A stretch of 63,913 nucleotides of DNA from Selaginella moellendorffii (Eukaryota; Plantae; Lycopodiophyta), in contig NW_003314349.1 in assembly GCF_000143415.4 (NCBI RefSeq), positions 319,259-383,171 on the forward strand, read 5' to 3'. Of the stretch, positions 41,313 through 52,614 are shown piece by piece (the stretch's first letter is position 1; every line of letters starts with the position of its first letter). A model generated the notes under the pieces. It did not search any database and was not told the DNA's origin. It worked only from the letters and a program-made list of their open reading frames with translations. The translations under genes and the position numbers were made by a program.

Positions 41313-42596
41313 AAAGTCTCAAAGGTTAATGGAACTTAGTAATCGAATCTTTATGCCCTAACCCAATAATAGTGTTGGTGAGCACAACTATAGATAGAGA
41401 GGGATTTAGTAAGGACTGAAAAAAAGACATTGAGGAAGGGTGTTCCCTATCCTAAAGATGCTAAGGTGTGGTTTTAGGTTGACCACTCATAGACAAAAGG
41501 CATAATCTTTGAAAGATGGGACTATAGCACATATAGTCTTAGACTACTAATGAAACAAGGGTAACTAGTCATGGCTTTAGCATAACGGGCTGATATGTTA
41601 GTGGTACCTTTGGGGTGTTTGCTATGGGATTGGACATATGAAGCACTTAGACTAAAGTGGCATAGATGCCATTCATAGGGCTAGTTGTCCCAAGTTAGAA
41701 ATAAGACTTATAGAGGTTGTGAGTGAGATTCCTCTAAGTGGTAAAAAATGTGATTAAGTAACTAAAGTAGAATGAAAAATTTAGTCACTTACACTAATCT
41801 TTGTGTTCTGCCAAAGTTATTTTATGGGAATCTTAAAAATGTTATATACCATTTGTTTAATCACTTTATAGTGATTGTCATATATCATTTTTGTGATGAT
41901 GCCTAGCATTTACACAAGTTTCTTATATGTCTCTAAAGAAAAGCATTGCAATGGTACAATAGTTTAAGCATAACCACTTATGTAAATTAGAGCATTAGGC
42001 ATTTTCAAATGTGCATATAAATATATTGACGATTGTGATAATGCCTTTCAACAATTGCATCATCTGCATCAGAAGCCATCTAAGTTAATTATGCAACTTG
42101 GTACTCACTTTTGAAGCCTCTTTTTTCGTGCAAAACCAAATATGTAAGAGTGTTTGGACTCAAACACCTTCTCAAACTCCATCTCAATCTCGATCTCGGA
42201 TTCTTGCTTAGACTCCTTCTTAGATTCCATTTCGAACTCTTTCTCAGACTCCATTTCGGACTCTTTCTCGGATTCCATCTTGGACTCCATTTTAAACTCG
42301 GTCCCAATACTTGCCATGTGTCAATCCTTCTTATATCCCTTTCTAGAGACATATTCACCAATTGCTTCATGCTCATATCCTTAATCACTTTATTTGAAGT
42401 TTCACTCCTATTCTTGATTTGTCGAGTTAAAGTTTTTAATCCAAACGTATTATGCTTATTGAACTTTTGTTTCGACCACTACCATGAGGCACGCTTATAG
42501 CTCCACTTTGGGGCTTAGGGATTCATGTCTCACAACTCTACCACCCATAAATAAAGTTTAATGTTCTTATCAAATGATAAAGCATTTTATGAAGTA

Positions 42597-42957
42597 TGTC
42601 AGGAATCCCCCAATTCTTGCCACATTCCTGACTCTCGCCGGATTCCTGACCTGCAGACCACATTCCTGACTCTCGAGACACTTCTCTATTCCTGACTCTC
42701 GAGACACTTCCCGATTCCTGAGTCTCGAGCCACATTCCTGATGATGATGTGGCGCCTCCTCGACCTCAGCTATATTTAGGCCGTCCTCGATCCAAGAGTG
42801 GTGGAGCTTCATCAACCTATAGTATATATAGGTTAGCCTTGTTCCATTTCTCCACAATCTGAATCAACACCAGTCTAAGGCTTCTTCTTTGTTTTCACTA
42901 GCTTTTTCTCTTTGTCTTTAGCATTTTCCAGTCTTGATCTTGTTGAGGGTCTTGACA
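42597..42957 (+). repeat. 5' LTR (361 bp)
   Basis: TGTCAGG...CTTGACA. Near-identical to 61046-61432. TATA-like TATATATA near 42824. Confidence 0.97.
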
Positions 42958-42959
42958 GT

Positions 42960-42976
42960 TTGATTCAGATTGTGGA
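42960..42976 (+). promoter_or_regulatory. Self-priming primer-binding site
   Basis: TTGATTCAGATTGTGGA is the exact 17-nt reverse complement of LTR positions 42851-42867 (TCCACAATCTGAATCAA). No tRNA-type TGG PBS. Confidence 0.85.
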
Positions 42977-43054
42977 TTTTGCTTTTCTTTTAGCTTGTTT
43001 TGATTATTTGATTGCCTTTGTCTTTTTCCCCCTTTCTTTTCTTTCTTCTTGCCA

Positions 43055-44026
43055 ATGGAGTCTCCAAGCCATCCTGATTTCTTTGCCGAAGTCCTTGCAA
43101 AAATCCAGTCTGAGAATACCGAGCTGAAGGCGACCCTTCTTCGCATGCAGCAGGAGCTTGCTTCACTTTCGGCTCAAGGATCCAGCAAAGTTCTTGAACC
43201 GAAGGTGAGTTTCCCGGTGAAATTTTCAGGCAAGCGTTCGGAGCTTTGTGGATTTTTGAACCAAATGGAGCTGATCTTTGCACTTCAACATCGGCGGTAC
43301 CCCACTCCCGAGTCTCAAATCGGCGCGATTGGGACATTGCTCGAGGGTGCAGCTTTGTCATGGTTTTCTCCTCTTCTGGAGAAGAGCATGAAAGGGGTCG
43401 TGGTTCCGGAGCTGATGGATCTTCAATTGTTCAAAGAGAAGCTCGAAGCATGTTTTGGCGAGACGGATCGGGTTCGGGCTGCTACCACAAAGATGAGACG
43501 GCTCTCTCAAGGGTCTCGTCCTGCCTCAATCTACGCTGCAAAGTTCCAACTCCTTGCCTTGGACACTCAGTGGGATGAGCGAGCCCTGATTGACCAATTT
43601 CGTTTCGGCCTCAACAACGGTGTCAAGGATTTGTTGCTCACCATGGAGGATCCCAAGGACCTGTCGGATGCCATCAACAAAGCTGTTCGATGTGACAATC
43701 GTCTCTTTGAACGTCGTCAGGAAAGTCGCCGCGCCGCTATTTTTCCGTCCCAGACTCAGGAATCCCAGCTTGAGTTTTCGGGGCATACTCCTGAACCTAC
43801 TACTCCGGTTCCGATGGATATTTCTGGTACTCCCCGACTCATTAGAGGGAAGTTGAGTCCTGCTGAGAAGCAACGTCGAATATCTCATAATCTTTGCCTC
43901 TATTGTGCTGATCCTAATCACAAAGCAGCTGTATGTCCCAAGAAGCCTCCTCGACTGCTCGAGTTCACTCTGCCTCAAAGTCCACCTCTATTGCAGTCGG
44001 GAAACGACCCTGTCCAAACAGAGTAG
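43055..44026 (+). CDS. gag: Gag (PEG10/Tcn1-like) with CCHC zinc knuckle
   Basis: [50 protein letters not shown]. Confidence 0.93.
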   Translation: MESPSHPDFFAEVLAKIQSENTELKATLLRMQQELASLSAQGSSKVLEPKVSFPVKFSGKRSELCGFLNQMELIFALQHRRYPTPESQIGAIGTLLEGAALSWFSPLLEKSMKGVVVPELMDLQLFKEKLEACFGETDRVRAATTKMRRLSQGSRPASIYAAKFQLLALDTQWDERALIDQFRFGLNNGVKDLLLTMEDPKDLSDAINKAVRCDNRLFERRQESRRAAIFPSQTQESQLEFSGHTPEPTTPVPMDISGTPRLIRGKLSPAEKQRRISHNLCLYCADPNHKAAVCPKKPPRLLEFTLPQSPPLLQSGNDPVQTE

Positions 44027-44043
44027 GAGCTGTCTGTTTGGAC
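43999..44043 (+). promoter_or_regulatory. -1 ribosomal frameshift signal (G GGA AAC plus 11-bp stem)
   Basis: Heptamer 43999-44005 in the gag frame (TCG GGA AAC), 6-nt spacer, then stem GTCCAAACAGA (44012-44022) / TCTGTTTGGAC (44033-44043). pol is in the -1 frame. Confidence 0.85.
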
Positions 44044-45378
44044 TCCCCGAATAAAAATCACTTTTCTTCTTTATCAAGCTCCTCACCACCTTTCATCAAA
44101 GCCACCACCAATTCCCGCAACTTCCGCGTCCCATGTCTCCTTTCTTTCACCGGACAATCAGGACTCAAGGCTCTGGCGTTACTGGACTCAGGTGCAACTT
44201 CCTGCTTCATGGACACGGACTTTGCTGCCCGACATCACGTTCCTCTTTCTCTTACCATACGGGATTTGAGGGTTGAAGGCATCGGCGGGCATTTTGTGTC
44301 TCCATCTTCTGGACTTAGGGAAACGTTGCCAGTTCGAGTACACATCGGGTCCACCGTCACCGATATCGCCTTCAACATCATCAACAGCAAGTCCTCCTCT
44401 GTGGTGCTCGGTCTTCCATGGTTCCAACTACATCAGCCTCAGATCTGTTGGAAGGAATTACAGCTCATCTCTCCCACGGCTTCCCCTGCTGTTCATCGAG
44501 TCCGAATCAGGAAAAGTTCCCTAAACTCAAATCGGGGTTCTATTCCTGACTCTATAAAGTTTTCACCCTCTTCTTTTTCCTCTCTTCCATCTTACACTGG
44601 ACCGTATCCTCGTCTCATCATTCCATTTAGTCGTACGCCTCCTCCTATCTCCACAATCACTATGAAAGAACTCCTTCATGAAGAACCTCTTTTTCTTTTT
44701 GCTTTGCATGTTTCTCCTGTCAGTCTTCCTGAGAAGTATCATGATTTTGGGGATGTGTTTGACAAGAAAAAAGCTAGTGTACTGCCTGTTCATCGGCCTT
44801 ATGATTGTCCCATTGATTTACAGGAAGGAGCGTCACCTCCGTGGGGGCCTATCTACGGGTTATCCCCGTCTGAGCTTAAGGCCCTCAAAGAGTACGTGGA
44901 TGAGAACCTTGCCTCGGGCTACATTCAGCATTCGCAGTCCCCGGCTGGAGCGCCTGTCTTCTTTGTCAAGAAGAAGGATGGGAGCTTGCGGCTAGTCATC
45001 GACTACCGAGGTTTGAACAAGGTGACTGTTCGGAAACGTTATCTGCTGCCCCTGATCTCGGACCTGTTGGAATGCCTCGGCGGTGCCCGCTTCTTCACCA
45101 AGATCGACCTCCGTGGAGCATACAACCTGATCCGGATCCGGCCTGGTGATGAATGGAAGACTGCATTCCGAACCCGCTATGGCCACTTCGAGTACACTGT
45201 CATGCCATTTGGCTTGACAAATGCTCCAGCAGTTTTCCAACACATGGCGAACGACGTCTTTCGGGAGTTTCTTGATCAGATGGTGATCGTCTACCTCGAT
45301 GATATCCTCGTCTACTCAAAAACTCAGGAGGAGCATGACGGACATGTACGCAAGGTGCTAGCGAAGTTGCGAGAACAC
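44005..45378 (+). CDS. pol: Pol, 5' part (protease, RT to just past YLDD), cut by transposon insertion
   Basis: [48 protein letters not shown]. Ends at LREH. Confidence 0.95.
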
Positions 45379-46511
45379 AAGCTCTATTTCGTTAAAGTGG
45401 GATTTATTCAGTAAAATGGGACTAAGTACAAATTTTCAAGTATTTGAAAATGACGTGAAATTATATGTTTTTTGTCTAGGGGCTAGACATATCTGGGGCA
45501 TGGTGACTAGCGCGGTGACCTTATGTCCAGACTGAGTCCATCTAGTTGTATAATAAATCTCATTGTCAAGGCGAACAAGCCGAATCTGAAGCTAAAGAAG
45601 AGCGATGGCATGCGCGCACACACTATTTGTTTGTTCATTGAGCGTGTGGTGAGCTTTCCAAGATGAACATCATTCCTATTAGCCAGACATATAACTTAAT
45701 GGTGAGAACATTTAGATATTATTCAATGTTATCTTTTTCTAACGAATCTAATTGTGAAGGTGTAGCAAGAGGCATTGCTAGTCTGGAGAAGTCATTTAAC
45801 TCATTTGACCCTTAGTGTATTTTCATGAAACTAAATAACATTCATATTATTAAGGAATTTCTCTAGTACCTTTTTTTTACGACATAGAGGCTTGCATTTC
45901 TTTCAAAGGTGATTTAGTAAAAGGCCTGAGGGCACATGCCATTCTATTTCTCAGACCGGTATTAAGATATACTAGTGCAAAGGGAAAAAGGTATTTGGTG
46001 ATCAAGTAAATGGCATGAGGGCACATGCCATTATAAGCCTAAGCGCTAGTGGACACCTCCTTTTTGGTACTCTCAGCGGTACTATCATCCTTCTCCGGGT
46101 CAGTTGTTTTGCTTTGGATTGTTGTCTCTAACGTTACTGGGGCGTTCTCGATAGTTGTTAATGTTGCCGTTTGTTCAGAAAAATGATCACCTGGAGTATA
46201 GTACGGGGAGTTTGGAAGACTTATATATTCTACATCTTCACCTATCTCCTTCTCCGTCTCCTTTTCTGCCTCACTTACAGATTTTGTGCTTGCCATGAGA
46301 ACGCTCTTCACCCTAAAATATGGAGTTCGTTGTGTTATAAAAGGAAACCAACACACACGCTGCAAGGGAATGATGGTACATAAAGCACGTAAGCCCACAA
46401 TATGGGTTTATGTGCCATTAATATGGGCCACACGCCATATTATTAGATTTATGCACGTGTGATTGGTAAATGCATATGTCACATCATCTTTGTTTTACCT
46501 CACACACTATA

Positions 46512-49500
46512 TCAAGCCTCCTCTGATTCAGATTCGGATTGTTCACCTTGAAATAAAATACATTAGAAACTTAGTAAAGGAATATTAATGAATCTTACCT
46601 TGAACCCGAGTTATGAATGCTCTTGCTGCATCTCTTGCATGGTCTGGCAAGGTGATGGTGGCACTCTGCTTCCGCATCCAACCATGCACAACATTATCCA
46701 CCGATATGCTCATGCTGGGATCCCTTGGATTCAGCACCCATCTCTTTTCTAGGCAATCCTTCGTATATCCGGAACTTGGCTTGAACCACTCCACAGTTAC
46801 ATTGAAGGAGTTAGTTTCCGCGTCCTCCTCTGCATCAGTGATGCAGCGCCCCACCCATATCATTTGTTTTTTATTACTGGGTCTGACAAGCACGACCATT
46901 CCTTTGCAGACCTGTACTGGATTGAATGCTGAATCCGGCTTCTTGTTCCTCGGCCCATAATAGTGATCCTCAACATCGTTATCTGTCACTGCATTTCCAG
47001 ACGACATTGTTCCGCTACTATCTGGTGCTCTGGGTTCTGGCCAAAAGGACTCTTCCAATTCTTCATATACAACCGGCCCATTTTGGATAGCAGATATAAT
47101 CTTCTCCCAGTATTCGAGCAAAGGCTTGCACCTCTGAAAATAGGATTCTCCACCAAACACCAACCCCCTCTTCCAGAAGGCAATATGCTGTCTAATCCCG
47201 GCCACTATACTTTCCTGGTCTTTGAGTCCATCCGGGTGCATCGGCCGTGGGGAACCCTAAGGAATCATAGGTTCCCCAGTTATGGGATCTCTCTTGAAGA
47301 GTTCAATGCCGTCCACTGGCAGCCACACTGTGTCCCATTCTCTCATCTTGTACCTCATCACTAGAGCACCGTCACACATGCTGAAATGAAACTGAAGAGG
47401 CTTGGAGTGGCCAATCAGCGTTTCGGATCCATCCCTGATGTAGCCTCTTACAAACCCCTTAAAGTCTGGAACCTCTGTCAGAAGTGCAGCTTCAACAGTG
47501 CCTTTGATGCAATTTTGGAATTCATCGTAGAGTTGTGGGAGGGTGAGGACATTGGATCGCCGGAGGGACTCTGCCAGGTGACTGAACATGGCATCGACGT
47601 CTTCATGAGTGTGCCCAACCATGAGAAAGCCAAGTGTAACCGTTTCAAATATGCCTTTGGCAACAAGCATCGCCAAGTACGCGAAGACGTACATGTTTTT
47701 GTTCTCACTGCCAGCATTGTCTGTTTGGAGCAGAAGATGGGGTGGAAGGCCACATCGGCCGCAAGAACTTCCTTGAGATTCTGCTTCGTTTGGATGAGGC
47801 TGTGCATTCACCGGGCGACCAGCCTCGTCGGAATGGCATGAGGCCTCACGTGATAACCCTACAATCTGACGGCCAACATATTCACTGGGATGGCATGGGG
47901 CCCCACGCGATACTGCAAGCCTTTGCTCCTCCTCCAGCTGAACCCTGTATGGGGTTCGATCGACAAGGGCCTTATGCAAGGGTTGGCCGTTCAGCTCAGT
48001 CTGCGCACTTTGCAGAGACCTTAAGTGTTTTGCTAGGGACGCAATCATCATGTTTGCACCCCCGCCACCCCATAGAGGTACAAAGAAGTTCCCATAGTTC
48101 TGGGCACCATGCCCATGAGCGATTATGCCAAACAGAGACACAGGCAGCTGCATGGATGAAGAGATTGCCTTGGGGGCAGGATTGAGTCGAGGTAAGCACG
48201 TCTTTTTCTGGTCCATTTTGTCGTGGATGATGCAGAGGTAAGAGTCAGGTCTCTCCATGGAGAGAATCCTGTTATGATAATATGCAGTCCTGCAGCTTCT
48301 CTGCTCGATGTTGTGGTCGAGCCGCCTTCTAACCAACGTCTCTCGCTCTTGAGCGCTGCAAGAATTCTTCGACAAAGCCATTTTGATAGCAGTGCACTCG
48401 TCACACTTTGAAAAGCTGGAGTACTTTCCTATACTCACATCCCTGAACCTGTTGCTCCACAATCTACTAAATCTAGATTGGCTCAGCTTCTTGTAGCCAT
48501 TACTCTGGAGTTCCCGATTCACATCTTCCAATATGGCCCCCTTGGTATACATGGAAGGGAGAACTCGTTGGGTGTCTCGTGTTCCATCTTCCAAGAGGCG
48601 GGTTTTATGTGGTTGCTGCTCGCTACATGTCTCGACAAACCTCTTGAAGATTGCCTCTCCATATACAACATGACCCCTGGTTTTGTGCGTACCGTCGTTC
48701 CCATGGACTGCCTGTTGAACCCTTTGTTCCTCGAACTCAGTTTTGATTCTGTAGAATGTGGTTCGAGGGACTCCATAAATGATTCTCCATGCCTTCATGC
48801 AGACCAAACCCCTCTGGAAGACCATGCCCCCCACCTGATGTTCTGAAGCATCAACAGATGACCGTAATGCCTCATACACAAAATTGCGAGCTGCCTTCCA
48901 GGACAATGTCTTGTATCTTGCTCTCTCCTCTTCAATAGCATCCCAATCAGCATGTTGACAGCACCTCCTCTTGCAACAAGCAACTGTCGAGACCATTCGA
49001 ACCTCCATCGCCATTTTCTGCCTTTTCGGTTCGTTGCTCAGATCCCTTTGGCTGCGCTTTAGGAAGGTGTACTTTCTTTTCCCATGAAGAGATGTTCTGT
49101 CATCAGTTGTAGTGGTGTTTGATTGTGAATCCTTCACATTCTCAAACACTAAGTGCCTCAATTTCCACCGCACAATGCTTCCAATAGTCAGACTGTTTTC
49201 TTCTGTGTCAACAACCTCTAAAATCGCAACTCCAATATCATCCCAGCCCAATTCTTGATTAGCAACCGCATCTCTTGGATCGACAACTGTGGCTAAGCCC
49301 TCAGCTACCACCTCCCCCTCGGGGTTGTTTAGAAACACTTTTGCCTGAATCCATGTAGCACGGTTCTTAAGATCCACGGAGGGAACATGCATCGCACTTG
49401 CGCTGTCCCCAACATCTGCTTTCTTCTGAAGATTTTTCAAGGCAACAACAACATTTACCCCGACGACCATCTCTCCTCGTTCAATAGCGACCACATTCCC

Positions 49501-49653
49501 ATCGAAGACAGTCTCTACTGATACAGCAGCATTGCCTTCCCCAAGCCTTTCACAGTGTATAACAAAGTTCCGATCCATAGACACAAGGGTCCCTTTTGCA
49601 ACTCTCTTCCCACCATTCAAAATGTAAACCTTTTCCCCAACCCTGAAGGCCAT
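46512..49653 (-). CDS. DDE transposase, Sola1-like, with one in-frame TAG at 47257-47259 (probably inactivated)
   Basis: Cys clusters CCKRRCC and FSKCDEC. Catalytic-type motifs IIHDKMDQKK, LQTDNAGSENKN and FLMVGHTHEDVDAMFS. ORF 46585-47241 continues in frame after TAG. Terminal intron 46547-46598 and last exon 46512-46546. Confidence 0.85.
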
Positions 49654-50984
49654 TCTGAAAGTGCAGAAAAGAAGTTAAGACCATACAAAAAATGATTGGA
49701 GAATGGCCTAAATCATAACATACCAAACAACCTCAATAGCATGAGGCCACATGCCATTATTCAAACATGCTATTGACACCCACGTGAAATTTCGCATTCA
49801 CAAAATTGGCATGAGGCCTCATGCCATCTTGATATACACACAGCTGCAGGCAAGTAAAAACATACATGACAATACGCTAGCCATGAAATTGCAAGGGCCC
49901 AAGATGGCATGTGGCCTCATGCCATTTCTAAATGTGGTCCTAAGCCATTCCATGGTGAACATACCAGGAAGCACAAGTGCCGAATATCAAGAGGAAGCGG
50001 TAGCCACACCAAAGACAGTGCCGCTCGCAATACCGCAACTACTCGTAGCGCCGCTCGCAACACCGCAACTGCTCGTAGCGCCGCTCGCACAAACTGCCAC
50101 TCGCATAAACTGCCGCTCGCAATGGCGCTCGCAATGCCGCAACCGCTCGTAGACGCATAAACCACAGCCCACAACACCGCTTACACAAGCAGCGCTCACT
50201 GCGCTCAGCGGAACCAAGAACACGGCGCACAAAAATGATAGACCTAGGAATGAATTCGAGAATTCAAAAATAACACACGCTTGAACGTCACATCAAATCC
50301 TCTGACAAACCAGATCTTATGATTCCTCTGACAAATTTCAAACTGAGTAGCTTCTAGACTTTGCTGTCGGAGGTTGAACTTTGTCACATCATGTCCTTGC
50401 CTCGATCCAGCTGTGCCATGTCAGTGATTCGAACTTTGCCATGCTATGTCAGCGATCTGCGCCAAGATTATTCGCCGTGTAAAGGAATAATTACGCTGTG
50501 TGTGTACGTCCATTTATGGCAATATAAGGCCACACGCCATTCAAAGAATAATGCTCGACATAAGGCCACACGCCATTCAAAGAATAATGCTAGTCGAGCA
50601 TTTTTTGGTGCATTTTTGGGTTCAAAATTGCATGAGCCCACACGCTATAAAGTTTACCTGTACCAAAAATAGAAACAGCTTTATTTACTTGGGAATTTAA
50701 GTGGTTGAGGCATTTTTAAACTTACAAACACATGCCCTACTTACATTCCTTTGGTTGCTTAAAATTCAAAAATATTATAAACCTTTCTTTTTGCATTTTC
50801 AATGTTTTCAATTATGGTTTTTGATTTTCGTAGGACCAGCCTAGTAATCTATTTGCATCCCGTCATGTTTATAGCTAGCTTTCGTTCGTCCCCTTCGCTA
50901 GCCTGAGATACATCTGCTCGGCATCTGCCTCTTACAGCATTTGCCCAGAAAGGGCATCTTTCTTCACGCAGCATTTGCCACATG

Positions 50985-51017
50985 TTTAGGGTTTAGGGTT
51001 TAGGGTTTAGGGTTTAG
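50985..51017 (+). repeat. Plant telomeric repeat (TTTAGGG)4 + TTTAG inside the transposon
   Basis: Read directly from the sequence. Confidence 0.95.
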
Positions 51018-52614
51018 CAATTCAGTAGCTTGATAAACATGCAAATACAGAACTTGATGCAAAATCCTTTGATATGTCACAATGCCCCTAGGACCATAAA
51101 CACATTTCAATAGAGAGGGTCCTTTCATTTCATAACTCCTTACGTAGATCTTGGTGAAACCAGAGTTAGTGAAGTTAGTTTTTTGTGATCCCGCATCTGA
51201 TTGTGATGTCCCTTTGCAGTTTCGATGGAAAGGTCAATGCACACCAAACTGTAAAATCTTGGAGCAAAATAACGGTCGGATCTATGGCAAATGCCCCTGA
51301 AACATTGTAAGGCTCGTGTGGTCTCATGTGGTGTCCGATCGAGATGCTTCTTTGCAGGGTCATCAAGAAAGACATTGTATACCATTCTGTAAAATCTAGT
51401 TGCGATCTAACGGTTGGATCTCCAGAAAACTCAAAAAAATCTCGCGCGTGTCAGAATATCCTAGGAATATACTCCTATGTGCCCCTGAAAATGGCATGCG
51501 GCCCCACGCCATTCAAGAGATAATGCCAGATGACGCCGAGAATTTTTTGGTGCATTTTTTGGGTTCAAAATTGCATGAGCCCACACGCTATAAAGTTTAT
51601 CTTTGCCAAATAGAGAAAAGTTTATCTGTGTCATGTGAGGTAGTTACAGTCCTTTGTGCTCGGCATCTGCCTCTTGCAGCATTTGCACTGAAAGGGAATT
51701 TTTCTCCATTCAGCATTTGGCCCTGAAAATGGCATGCGCCCACACGCCATTCAAGGAATAACGCCACAGGACGCCTGGATTTTTGGGTTTAAAATGTTTA
51801 GGGTTTTTTGGGTTTTTTCAAAATATTTTGGGTCCAACGTTTTTTGGGTTTCTTTGGTTCAAAATTGCATGAGCCCACACGCTATAATATTGATTTGAGA
51901 GAAAAATAGAAATAGATAGAATTTCTTTATTTAGCTGAACATCTGCCATTTTTGGAAATACAAGATGCTTTGGAATATCCAATCATGCATGGTATAAATA
52001 TAGCGAGGGTATTAAATGATATCCCAATCATGATCTTTCTTTTGGATTTCGCGTGCATGCAGTCCGAGGAATGATGACGTTGCGGATTTCTTTTGGATTT
52101 TGCGTGCTTGCATGCGCGCGGCAATCCAGAAATTAATGGTGGCACCCAAGTCCGAGGAATGATGACGTGGCGGGATTACCAACCGTTGTGACATTTCGCG
52201 CGTGTGAGGTTAGGTTTTGCATTTTGCTTTGTACTCGCGCTCGCACACTCGCGCTCGCGCTCGCATCACACTCGCGCTCCCGCTCGCATCGCGCTCCCAC
52301 TCGCGATCACGCTCACTTCTCTACAGGTTTCTCGTGTGCATCGGCGTCCACTCGCGCTTGCATCACACTCGCGCTCGCATCGCGCTCGTGTGCATCGGCG
52401 TCCACTTCAAGACACACCCAATTTGTAACTTCGCCGCCAACTCCGCCGCCCACTCCGCCACCCACACGCAGCCCACTTGGCGTCCTAGGAGATTTCAGCA
52501 CCACTCTCCAACTGTAAGTGGCAGAGTAGCCTTGCTGCTACGATCCGCTGCACACACAGTGCACATTCGCCAGCGAGTCCGGCCTCGATTGTCACGGCCT
52601 CCATTCGGCTTCAA

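Noticed and set aside
39068-42388. Repetitive ORFs (PRPR, ESKMES, LLLELHL)
   Set aside because: Translations of 6/12-bp minisatellites.
45379-45414. pol ORF seeming to continue as [11 protein letters not shown]
   Set aside because: This is the transposon TIR, which by chance reads KLY like canonical RT. The true continuation is GLYAK at 58656.
50985-51017. True telomere or chromosome fusion site
   Set aside because: Only about 4.7 units in one orientation, internal to a transposon.
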